From Syntrophorhabdaceae bacterium (GTDB lineage Bacteria; Desulfobacterota; Syntrophorhabdia; Syntrophorhabdales; Syntrophorhabdaceae): 64,000 nucleotides of DNA. The position numbers were made by a program, and so were the translations under genes. A model generated the notes under the pieces. It was given only the letters and a program-made list of their open reading frames with translations. It was not told the origin of the DNA and ran no database searches. The DNA lies in NCBI GenBank assembly GCA_963666485.2, contig CAXXUO010000009.1, forward strand, positions 352,001-416,000, read 5' to 3'. This document shows positions 55,933 to 64,000 of the stretch, one piece after another (the first letter of the stretch is position 1; each line of letters starts with the position of its first letter).

Positions 55933-56153
55933 GGATAAGCTCCTTTAATGAACCTTCATCGTCACCAATGTCAGGCAATCGTGGAGAGCAAGATGCTGAA
56001 CGCATAATCAGGGCTGCAAGATATGACGTATCTATCACACCTGACCGGTATTTTTAGTATCTATTTTATTAATGTATTACATTAGTAATTTTCTAATATA
56101 TTGCAGAGGCGTTCAATGCGGTAAAGTAAGGCACTTCGATAATATGAGGACGC

Positions 56154-57626
56154 ATGGAGCCACCTAATTTCCCGTTACTTCAGCCTGAAGAGTTTCCCCG
56201 GGTCCCTTTCGTGTTCGACGGGATATCCAGCCGTTTCATAAAGGAAAATAGAGTGATTCCCCTCGATGTGAGGGAAAACAAGCTATGGGTGGCCATGGCC
56301 AACCCTGAAGACACGCAGGTCATAGATGCCCTGCGTGTGGTCTCGGGAGGGGACGTCGTGGTGTACTTAGGCGAGGGCCGCGCTATCGACGAGTACATCG
56401 CGAAATTCTACGGCCAGGACGCACAGAATATCAACCGCATCATGGAGGACATGAACGGCAGCGGCCTCGAGGCCATTCGCGACGAGGACGACGAAGACGC
56501 CGGGCACCTCAAGGACCTGGCATCTGAGGCTCCCATTATCAAGCTCGTCAATCTTCTTATTACAAGGGCGGTCGAGGCGAGGGCCAGCGACATCCATATC
56601 GAGCCGTTCGAGGACGAAGTGAAGGTGAGGTACAGGATCGACGGCGTGCTCCACGATGTGGAGTCGGCGCCGAAGCGGCTCGAGAAGGCCATGATATCCC
56701 GGCTCAAGATCATGGCGAAGCTCAATATTGCCGAGCGGCGCCTGCCGCAGGACGGGCGCATCCGGCTCAAGGCTACCGGCCGGGAAATAGACCTGCGCGT
56801 CTCCACCATCCCGATCCTCCACGGGGAAAGCGTCGTCATGCGGATCCTCGACACGGGGACGGCCGTGATCGACCTGCCCTCGCTCGGGTTCTTTCCCGAA
56901 ACCCTGCATTCTTTCAACGAGATCATAAAGAAGCCCAACGGCATCCTCCTCGTTACGGGGCCCACCGGCAGCGGCAAAACGACCACGCTCTATGGGGCCC
57001 TCGACAGGATCAATGCGCCCGACAAGAAGATCATCACCGTAGAGGACCCCATAGAATACCAGATCAAGGGGGTCAACCAGATACAGGTAAAGCCGCAGAT
57101 CGGGTTGGACTTCGCCGGCACGCTGCGTCATATCGTACGGCAGGACCCCGATGTGATCATGGTCGGCGAGATCCGCGACCTCGAAACCGCCGGGATAGCC
57201 ATCCGGTCTTCGCTGACGGGACATCTCGTCTTCTCCACCCTTCACACGAACGACGCGGCAAGCGCGATCGCGAGGCTCCTCGACATGGGCGTGGAAGCCT
57301 TCCTCCTTGCATCGACCATCCGCGGCATTCTCGCACAGCGGCTCGTGCGCGTCGTATGCACCGGGTGCAGGCAGCCCGGGCCGGACGGGAGCGTGCGGGG
57401 GACAGGGTGCGGCATGTGCGCCTACACGGGATATCACGGCCGCCTGGGTATATTCGAGCTCCTCGTCATCGATGATGCTATACGCAAACTGATACTCGCG
57501 AGGGCCGATGCGGCGCAGATACGGGATGCGGCGCGGGCGGGCGGGATGGCCACATTGCTCGACGACGGCACACGAAAGGCGGGTGCAGGCGTCACCACCC
57601 TTGCCGAAGTACTTCGGGTGATTTAA
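56154..57626 (+). CDS. gspE: type II secretion ATPase
   Basis: RASDIHIEP, AERRLPQDG, GPTGSGKTTT, RQDPD, HTND, CxxC..CxxC. Confidence 0.93.
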   Translation: MEPPNFPLLQPEEFPRVPFVFDGISSRFIKENRVIPLDVRENKLWVAMANPEDTQVIDALRVVSGGDVVVYLGEGRAIDEYIAKFYGQDAQNINRIMEDMNGSGLEAIRDEDDEDAGHLKDLASEAPIIKLVNLLITRAVEARASDIHIEPFEDEVKVRYRIDGVLHDVESAPKRLEKAMISRLKIMAKLNIAERRLPQDGRIRLKATGREIDLRVSTIPILHGESVVMRILDTGTAVIDLPSLGFFPETLHSFNEIIKKPNGILLVTGPTGSGKTTTLYGALDRINAPDKKIITVEDPIEYQIKGVNQIQVKPQIGLDFAGTLRHIVRQDPDVIMVGEIRDLETAGIAIRSSLTGHLVFSTLHTNDAASAIARLLDMGVEAFLLASTIRGILAQRLVRVVCTGCRQPGPDGSVRGTGCGMCAYTGYHGRLGIFELLVIDDAIRKLILARADAAQIRDAARAGGMATLLDDGTRKAGAGVTTLAEVLRVI

Positions 57627-57639
57627 AAGGCGGCGGGGT

Positions 57640-58833
57640 GTGACGGTTTTCTCATACAGGGCAACAACAAGGGAAGGTCAGGTGGTAGAAGGGGTGATCG
57701 AAGCGCCGGCCGAAGAGATTGCCATAGACCGGCTGAGAAATGCCGGCGTTATCCCCCTGCGCCTCGCTGCGCCGCGGCAATCCGTTATCAAAAAATTAAG
57801 CCCCAGGTCGCGGAACCGGGACCTCCTAAACTTTACCGCGGAGCTCTCGGAGCTGGTCAATGCCGGGTTGCCCCTCGACAAAAGCCTCACTATCCTCGGT
57901 GAAATATCGGGGGGCACAGAGATCAAACGCCTGATACACGCCATTCTCACGTCCGTCCGTGAGGGCAGCTCTTTCTCCGACGCACTGAAGAAACACCCGC
58001 AGATATTCCCCGTGCTGTACGTGAACATGGTGAGGGCGGGCGAAACGGGAGGCGTCCTCGGCGCGGTGCTCGAAAAACTGAACGAGTTCCTCGAAACCAC
58101 GAACGAACTCAAAAACCACGTGGTGTCGGCAATGATCTATCCGACGATCCTCGGCGTGACCGGCGGCGTTTCGATCATCGTGCTCCTCACTTTTGTGCTT
58201 CCTCGTTTCTCGGTTATCTTTTCCGAGTTCGGTGGTTCACTCCCCTTCACGACCCGGATGCTCCTTGTTCTCAGCAACGGCCTTCGCTCATGGTGGTGGG
58301 TGGGGGCGGCGCTCACAGCCGGGGCGATCGTTCTGTGCGCGTCGTGGATAAGAACGGAAACGGGAAAGACGCACTGGGACCTCCTCACACTGAAAATAAT
58401 GGAGGACGTGGTACGCAAGCTCGAAACGGCCCGGTTCTGCAGGATCTTCGGGACACTGCTGCAAAGCGGCATCTCCGTGCTGCAGGCCCTGAACAACGCC
58501 CGCGGGATAATCGGGAACAGGATCATCGCAGCGGGGATAGAATCGGTGGCACAGGGAGCAAGAGAAGGGCGCGGCATAGCGATACCTCTGGCCGAAGCAC
58601 ATGTCTTCCCGGCGCTCGCGCTCTCCATGATCAAGGTCGGGGAAGAGACGGGGCGGCTCGACAGCATGCTGCTCAAGGTGGCGGGCACGTACGAAAAAGG
58701 TCTGAAAGAGTCCGTCAAAAGGTTCATGGGGCTCATCGAGCCCGCCATGATCCTCGGCATGGGACTCGTGATCGGCTTCATCATCATCTCCATGCTCCTC
58801 GCCATATTCAGCACAATGGACCTGCCGTTTTGA
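57640..58833 (+). CDS. gspF: type II secretion inner membrane platform protein
   Basis: YVNMVRAGETGG, AMIYP, VGEETGRL, IEP. Confidence 0.92.
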   Translation: MTVFSYRATTREGQVVEGVIEAPAEEIAIDRLRNAGVIPLRLAAPRQSVIKKLSPRSRNRDLLNFTAELSELVNAGLPLDKSLTILGEISGGTEIKRLIHAILTSVREGSSFSDALKKHPQIFPVLYVNMVRAGETGGVLGAVLEKLNEFLETTNELKNHVVSAMIYPTILGVTGGVSIIVLLTFVLPRFSVIFSEFGGSLPFTTRMLLVLSNGLRSWWWVGAALTAGAIVLCASWIRTETGKTHWDLLTLKIMEDVVRKLETARFCRIFGTLLQSGISVLQALNNARGIIGNRIIAAGIESVAQGAREGRGIAIPLAEAHVFPALALSMIKVGEETGRLDSMLLKVAGTYEKGLKESVKRFMGLIEPAMILGMGLVIGFIIISMLLAIFSTMDLPF

Positions 58834-59279
58834 AACAAAGGGAGGCGGCATTCACATTGCTCGAACTTATCATCGTCCTTACCCTGATAGGGATCATCTG
58901 CGGTTTTTCGACGCTTTTCTTCGCGCGCGGACTCCCGTCCGCGCGGCTCGATGCCACGGCCCGGGACGTCTCCTCGGTGATAAGGCACGCACGGGCACTG
59001 ACCTTACTTCAGCGTGAAAACCAGACGGTGATCATCGACGGGGAAAACAGGCTGTACGGTATAAAAGGGCACCGGTTGAAGCCGGTATGCGAAGGCATCA
59101 TTATCGGGACCATAGACCCGCAAACCGGGGAGGTCTCCAAAGACGCACGCACGTTCCATTTCTCTGCGTCAGGAGGCCATGAGGCCGGCAGTGTGATCGT
59201 GAGGAACAAAGACAAGGCCCTGCGGATCGACACCGACCCGGTTGCAGGATCGGTAACGGCAAAGGCGGTAGTGCAATGA
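58830..59279 (+). CDS. gspH: minor pseudopilin
   Basis: TTG overlapping the gspF stop; A-FTLLELII prepilin motif; F...GG C-terminus. Confidence 0.75.
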   Translation: MKQREAAFTLLELIIVLTLIGIICGFSTLFFARGLPSARLDATARDVSSVIRHARALTLLQRENQTVIIDGENRLYGIKGHRLKPVCEGIIIGTIDPQTGEVSKDARTFHFSASGGHEAGSVIVRNKDKALRIDTDPVAGSVTAKAVVQ

Positions 59280-59713
59280 AAAGACGAACGGCAGCAATAT
59301 CGGGCACGGGGGGTTTCACACTTCTGGAGATTCTCGTTGCCATTGCGCTCCTCGCCATTGCCCTTACACTGATCTTTCAGCTTTTCTCCGGCAGCCTGAA
59401 TACCATCCGTACATCCGAGGACTACCTGAAGGCGGCATGGGAAGGCGAGGTCAGTTTGAGACGGGTACTCAATGACGACAACCTGCAGACCGGCACATTC
59501 ACAGAAGTGACGGCGAACGGTTACAGGATAGAGGCAACGATCTCGGAAGCGCTCAAGGAAAAGACCGATAGTCTTCCCTGCAGGGTCATGGAGATAGACC
59601 TTGCGGTGAAGTGGAGCAAAGGGACAAAAGAAAAAGTGACGCACCTCAGGACGGTAAAGCTCATCGATAAACTCCCTCAGGGAGGCGCTATTGGCGATAC
59701 AGACGACAGGTGA
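59276..59713 (+). CDS. gspI: minor pseudopilin
   Basis: GFTLLEILVA; gene order. Confidence 0.8.
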   Translation: MKRRTAAISGTGGFTLLEILVAIALLAIALTLIFQLFSGSLNTIRTSEDYLKAAWEGEVSLRRVLNDDNLQTGTFTEVTANGYRIEATISEALKEKTDSLPCRVMEIDLAVKWSKGTKEKVTHLRTVKLIDKLPQGGAIGDTDDR

Positions 59714-60332
59714 CAGGGGGTTCACGCTTCTCGAGCTCATGGTTTCCGTGGTACTGCTTGCGGTGATCGTTACCGTTATATCGGGAGCTCTACGGCTTGC
59801 CCATCGTTCCGCCGACTCCGGCGCAACCAAGATAGAGGGCCTCGAGAGGCTCAGAATGTCCCTCGCCATTATCGACTCGCAGATCCAGTCGGGATTTCCC
59901 CTCACACACGAGGACCAGGGGGAGAAGGTCCTTTATTTCGAGGGAGAGCGTGACACGCTCACGTTCGCGAGCACCTATTCGATATGGGACGGGGAAAAAG
60001 GATTTGTGCAGGTAACGTACAGGGCTGTGCAGAATGAAAAGGGCAAACAGGTCCTCTATGCGAGCGAAAATACGATCGGCATGGAAAAAGAAAGAGAGAC
60101 AAAGCTCCTCGAGGGCTTCGACGAGATCTCTTTCGGATACTTCTTGCGGGACCCGGTGACCCGGGAGGCGACGTGGACGGACCTGTGGACGGATGATAAA
60201 GCCCTGCCGCAGCGGATAGCCGTGAATCTCTCGAGGGGCGGTACGAAACATTCGCTCATCATACCGATGAGAACGGGCGGGAGCGGTCGAACGACGCAGA
60301 TACCGCACAACTTCATGCAGGGGCCCGCATGA
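59691..60332 (+). CDS. gspJ: minor pseudopilin
   Basis: GFTLLELMVS; W..W..LPQRIAV C-terminus. Confidence 0.8.
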   Translation: MAIQTTGDRGFTLLELMVSVVLLAVIVTVISGALRLAHRSADSGATKIEGLERLRMSLAIIDSQIQSGFPLTHEDQGEKVLYFEGERDTLTFASTYSIWDGEKGFVQVTYRAVQNEKGKQVLYASENTIGMEKERETKLLEGFDEISFGYFLRDPVTREATWTDLWTDDKALPQRIAVNLSRGGTKHSLIIPMRTGGSGRTTQIPHNFMQGPA

Positions 60333-61309
60333 CGAACCGACGAGACGTGCTTGAGCAAGAACACGGTTTTGCCCTCATGGCCGTTGTTTGGATCATTACC
60401 CTGCTTTCTGTCGTTGTGCTTTCCTTTGCCGCCATGGCAAAAATAGACACGTATGCGACAATGGGCTTCAAGGAGTCGATGGAGGAGAGATACCTTGCCG
60501 AGGCAGGCATGCAGAAGGCCATTGTCGAGCTCATGCACGCAAGGATATTCAAGACGCAAAACCCGGCCGACACCGCGGCGACGATAAGGACGGACCGGAC
60601 CGCCTACACCGGCAATCTGGGACCGGGAAGCTACACGTTCCGGGTCACCGACGAATCGGGAAAGATCGATATCAATGCGCTCACGGACAAAACCGGCATT
60701 GTGCTCAACAACCTTCTGCTCAATTTCGGCAGCAGCGAGGAAGAAGCAAATACGATCGTCGATTCGATCCTTGACTGGAAAGATACGGACGACGCCCACA
60801 GGCTGTACGGTGCCGAAAACAGCTACTATATGTCCCTTCCCATTCCTTACAGGGCAAAGAACGCCGACTTCGATACACTGGAGGAACTCATCCTGGTAAA
60901 GGGAATGACCCGGGACGTTCTGTACGGTAACGAAAAGCGCAAGGGCATCATTCATTTCGTTACGGCCCATTCGGGTGCGGCCACCATCAATATGAACGCT
61001 GCGCCCAAAGATGTACTCATGGCGATCCCCCACATGACTGAAGGATTGGCGGAAAGAATCCTTGCACTGCACGAGACCAATGCGCCGATAAGCCGGCAGG
61101 ACATGGCAGGCCTGATCGGCTTGCGTTACGGCGAGATGCTGAATTATGCGAGCTTTGGGGGCGGCACCAATACTTTTACCATCGAATCGGTGGGGCACAC
61201 GGCGGGTAAAAAAACAGGCTTCGGGATAAAAGCGGTCATCACACTAGATACAAGCGGCGGTTTCAGGTACCTGTACTACAAGTGCCCGGGCACAGGCAGC
61301 CTGCAGTGA
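60329..61309 (+). CDS. gspK: minor pseudopilin
   Basis: GFALMAVVW, DESGKIDIN, ILDWKD, GAE..YY, EELILVKGM, INMNAA. Confidence 0.9.
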   Translation: MTNRRDVLEQEHGFALMAVVWIITLLSVVVLSFAAMAKIDTYATMGFKESMEERYLAEAGMQKAIVELMHARIFKTQNPADTAATIRTDRTAYTGNLGPGSYTFRVTDESGKIDINALTDKTGIVLNNLLLNFGSSEEEANTIVDSILDWKDTDDAHRLYGAENSYYMSLPIPYRAKNADFDTLEELILVKGMTRDVLYGNEKRKGIIHFVTAHSGAATINMNAAPKDVLMAIPHMTEGLAERILALHETNAPISRQDMAGLIGLRYGEMLNYASFGGGTNTFTIESVGHTAGKKTGFGIKAVITLDTSGGFRYLYYKCPGTGSLQ

Positions 61310-62565
61310 AATTGACCGTCGACATGGCAAGCGTGCGGCGGGCTCTTTTGGCCTCATTCACTACGTGCACGCGTTTCGGAGTGCTCCTCGGCAGCGCTCT
61401 CACCGGCAACTATCTTGAAGGTTTACTGTACCCGAAACGATGCACGTGCGTTTCCGTAGAAAAAAACGGCTTCTGCGTTGTCCGCACTTCACGGTTTCTT
61501 GCAAGAATACGGGTCAAGGTACTCCACGAGTACACGACGGAGAATGACGGACTGCTTGCCGCAGATGCCTTTGCCTCCATGCTCTCGCTGGCACTGGGTG
61601 CGTCGAAACCCCGGATAAGATCGAAGGTCACCCTGGTCATGCCAAAGGATCGGGTCATTGTGAGGACCGCGGAAATGCCCCTTGCGGTTAAGGAGAACCT
61701 GACGAATGTGGTGGCGTATGAACTGGACCGGATCACACCTCTTGCGGCCGATGAAGCATATTACGACTTCCGCATAGTCCGCGAAGACGACCGGAACGTG
61801 CAGCTTTGCGTCCTGGCCTGTCCTGCCGAGCGCCTGGGTTCATATCTTGCAGCGCTCAAAACACATCACATCACTGTCGAGAGGGTGACAACCGAGTTTT
61901 CGTGCCTTGAACTGCTCGATGCAGAGCACGTCAGACGTAAGTGCCGCATTGTTCACGATATGCCGCTCGCAGCGCGCAAAGCGATCGGGGGCGCCATGGA
62001 ATCGATATTGCCGAAAGTCAACAGGGCCGATCTGCTCACAAAAGGCGTGCGGCCGGCGCACAGAACGCCGGTTGCCGTGACTTTTATCCTCGCCGCCGTA
62101 TCTTTAAGCCTCCTCATCCCCTGCATCATTGCCCCCCTTCTTCATGAAAAGAAACAGGTCGAGGAGATCAGGCGGCAGATCGCCATGAGAAAGGAAAGTG
62201 TCCGCAAGGTGGAGGAGCTTAAAAAAGAGATAGACGGCATCACAAAAGACGTTTTAGTAATCGAAAACTTCAAGGAAAAGCGCCCCATGCTGCTCGCCGT
62301 CCTGAAGGAGATCACTGCCATGCTGCCGAAAAATGCCTGGCTGACCCGGGCGCGCATCACCGATACCGGTGTCGAACTGGAAGGATACGCTGCTTCTGCT
62401 TCCCCGCTGCTGTCTATACTGGAACAGTCGAAGCACCTCAGAAAGGTTGAGTTCGCTATGCCCACCACGCGCGACCAGAGGCAAAAAGCCGACAGGTTCG
62501 TATTGAAGATGGAACTGGAAGGTTTCGACGTGCCGAGGCCAAAGAATGATGAAAAGAAGAAGTAA
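61306..62565 (+). CDS. GspL/PilN-domain assembly protein
   Basis: Cytoplasmic PilM-like part, TM, coiled coil, LPKNAWL..LEGYA..VEF. Confidence 0.8.
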   Translation: MKLTVDMASVRRALLASFTTCTRFGVLLGSALTGNYLEGLLYPKRCTCVSVEKNGFCVVRTSRFLARIRVKVLHEYTTENDGLLAADAFASMLSLALGASKPRIRSKVTLVMPKDRVIVRTAEMPLAVKENLTNVVAYELDRITPLAADEAYYDFRIVREDDRNVQLCVLACPAERLGSYLAALKTHHITVERVTTEFSCLELLDAEHVRRKCRIVHDMPLAARKAIGGAMESILPKVNRADLLTKGVRPAHRTPVAVTFILAAVSLSLLIPCIIAPLLHEKKQVEEIRRQIAMRKESVRKVEELKKEIDGITKDVLVIENFKEKRPMLLAVLKEITAMLPKNAWLTRARITDTGVELEGYAASASPLLSILEQSKHLRKVEFAMPTTRDQRQKADRFVLKMELEGFDVPRPKNDEKKK

Positions 62566-63103
62566 TTTTATCAGGATCATGATATCTCTGGCGGCGATCC
62601 TGGTTGGGCTCATACTGTACCAGAACGTCTATGTGAGGGTCCAGTCGGATGTGAAAATTGTGAAGGAAGAAAGCGCATTGAGAATGAAAACACTCAAAAA
62701 ACATGCAGCTCTCATAGCCCTGCGGCCCGAGCTTGAAAAAAAACTCGTGCGGCTTGGCGACCGGCGCAAGGCGGCCGACTCGAAGATCCTTACGGGCAAC
62801 AACCCTGCCCTCGCCGGTGCCGCTTTGCAGGAAACCGTGAAGTCAATAATTACGGGACGGGGAGGCGCCATATCAAGCGAAAGGGTCGAGAAGCCGGAGG
62901 ATGCGGGCAATTTCAAGATCATCACGACGAGCTTCGATTGCCTGCTTCCCGATATCAGAAGCCTCAATGATATTCTCTTCTCGATCGAGACCAGGACGCC
63001 GTACCTGGCCGTCCGGGAAGTCGACACGAGGATACGGGATTTCAGGGACCCCAGGGAGCTTATGGTTAAATTAACGGTGTCAGCTTTAATGGCGGGCAAG
63101 TAG
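62546..63103 (+). CDS. gspM: GspM/PilO-like assembly protein
   Basis: TM + coiled coil + AGAALQ..IET..PYL; gene order. Confidence 0.75.
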   Translation: MMKRRSNFIRIMISLAAILVGLILYQNVYVRVQSDVKIVKEESALRMKTLKKHAALIALRPELEKKLVRLGDRRKAADSKILTGNNPALAGAALQETVKSIITGRGGAISSERVEKPEDAGNFKIITTSFDCLLPDIRSLNDILFSIETRTPYLAVREVDTRIRDFRDPRELMVKLTVSALMAGK

Positions 63104-63104
63104 C

Positions 63105-63755
63105 ATGAAAGCCGTGAATTACCTCCTCAAGAACATCACGCTGCTCAACATCATGCTCCTGTCAGGTGCCCTAGCCCTTACCATCACCCTTGTCGGCATG
63201 AGTTCCTACAAGGTCACGATACCGGCTATCACCGCACCGCAGCCAACCGCCGCACACGAAGAATCAGCCTCAGCGGATACAGCAGGGACTTTAACAACCC
63301 GGTCACCTTCCCCGGTTGATTTCATGGCGGTAGCAGAAAATAATCTCTTTCATCCGGATAGGCGTGTTCCTCCCGAAAAGAAGGAAACCGCTGAGCCAAA
63401 ACCAGAACTTATCTTATTCGGCACGCTTATAGACGGGAAGGACAGCCTGGCTTTTATCGAAGACAAGAGATTGCCGAAGACGTCGCCGGGCAGGGGCAAA
63501 CGGCAGGTGACGATCAAGAAAGGTGATACTGTGGGCGGCTTCGTTGTCGTCTCCATCGAGACCGACAGGATCAGGCTGGTACGGGGAGAAGAAATGCTTG
63601 AGTTTCATCTGATGGATGCGGAAAAAAGAAAGGCAGAAGGTGCGACCGGTTCAGGGAGTTACACGTCGGGCCGTCCACCCATTGGTAGTTCGAACCCTTC
63701 TTCACCGCGGCCCGCCACACGAGCAAGGCCTAAGCCACTGCCGCCGGCACCGTAA
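63105..63755 (+). CDS. GspC/PilP-like T2SS-associated protein
   Basis: TM, NLFHPDR, LILFGT..AFI..KKGDTVGGF..IETDRI. Confidence 0.6.
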   Translation: MKAVNYLLKNITLLNIMLLSGALALTITLVGMSSYKVTIPAITAPQPTAAHEESASADTAGTLTTRSPSPVDFMAVAENNLFHPDRRVPPEKKETAEPKPELILFGTLIDGKDSLAFIEDKRLPKTSPGRGKRQVTIKKGDTVGGFVVVSIETDRIRLVRGEEMLEFHLMDAEKRKAEGATGSGSYTSGRPPIGSSNPSSPRPATRARPKPLPPAP

Positions 63756-63758
63756 TGG

Positions 63759-64000
63759 CTAATGTCGGACGGCAGTTTTCAGACTAATGCGTACACCCAC
63801 CCTCGTTGCCAGGATTATCAACATTTCGAGACTGAATCTTTCCCATTTCCCCTCGATGAGATCGGATACTCTTGACTGAGTGACTCCCAGTATTTGGGCG
63901 GCATTCGCTTGCGTAAGCTTTTTATTTTCAATGAATTTCCTCAAGACAGACACAAGATCGGCACGCATTTCAAGAATAAGGGCCTCGTCCGGAGAATATC
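63759..64000 (-). CDS. XRE-family HTH protein (HigA-like), 5' end outside window
   Basis: LTQANAAQILGVTQSRVSDL..FSLEML; frame stays open to the window edge (YSPDEALILEMRA). Confidence 0.8.
   Translation of the reverse strand, partial: YSPDEALILEMRADLVSVLRKFIENKKLTQANAAQILGVTQSRVSDLIEGKWERFSLEMLIILATRVGVRISLKTAVRH

Noticed and set aside
58290..58829. Long N-terminal extension of the gspH-like ORF
   Set aside because: Alternate frame overlapping gspF; the prepilin motif places the start at ~58830.

Overview
Bacterial chromosomal window. Gene content (tup tungstate transporter, PAS/GGDEF/HD-GYP sensors, ferredoxin oxidoreductase subunit, heptamer repeats) suggests an anaerobic deltaproteobacterium-like organism; this is inference only. 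The housekeeping backbone is tupAABC, proS, an M24 peptidase, a radical SAM protein, a glcD-like oxidase, ade, a porC-like gene and cysS. The main accessory feature is a compact ~15 kb cluster (4.6-19.4 kb) whose proteins resemble, by motifs I recall, a highly divergent Dot/Icm (type IVB, MPF-I) secretion system: DotL, DotI, DotH, DotC, DotB, DotO, DotG, IcmC/IcmD/IcmT-like proteins and three paralogous exported proteins. No relaxase, integrase or att site is visible. A second locus ~16-19 kb away (35.0-38.7 kb) carries a miniaturised DotM/IcmP-like gene, a sigma-region-2-like protein, a ParB-like protein and a lytic transglycosylase. Also present: a signal-peptide RHS protein divergent from a type II secretion operon lacking gspG, an exported TPR-CHAT protease, a 44-bp REP-like tandem array, inverted heptamer microsatellites and two homopolymer frameshifts. 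All family assignments are by eye and need HMM or structure confirmation.
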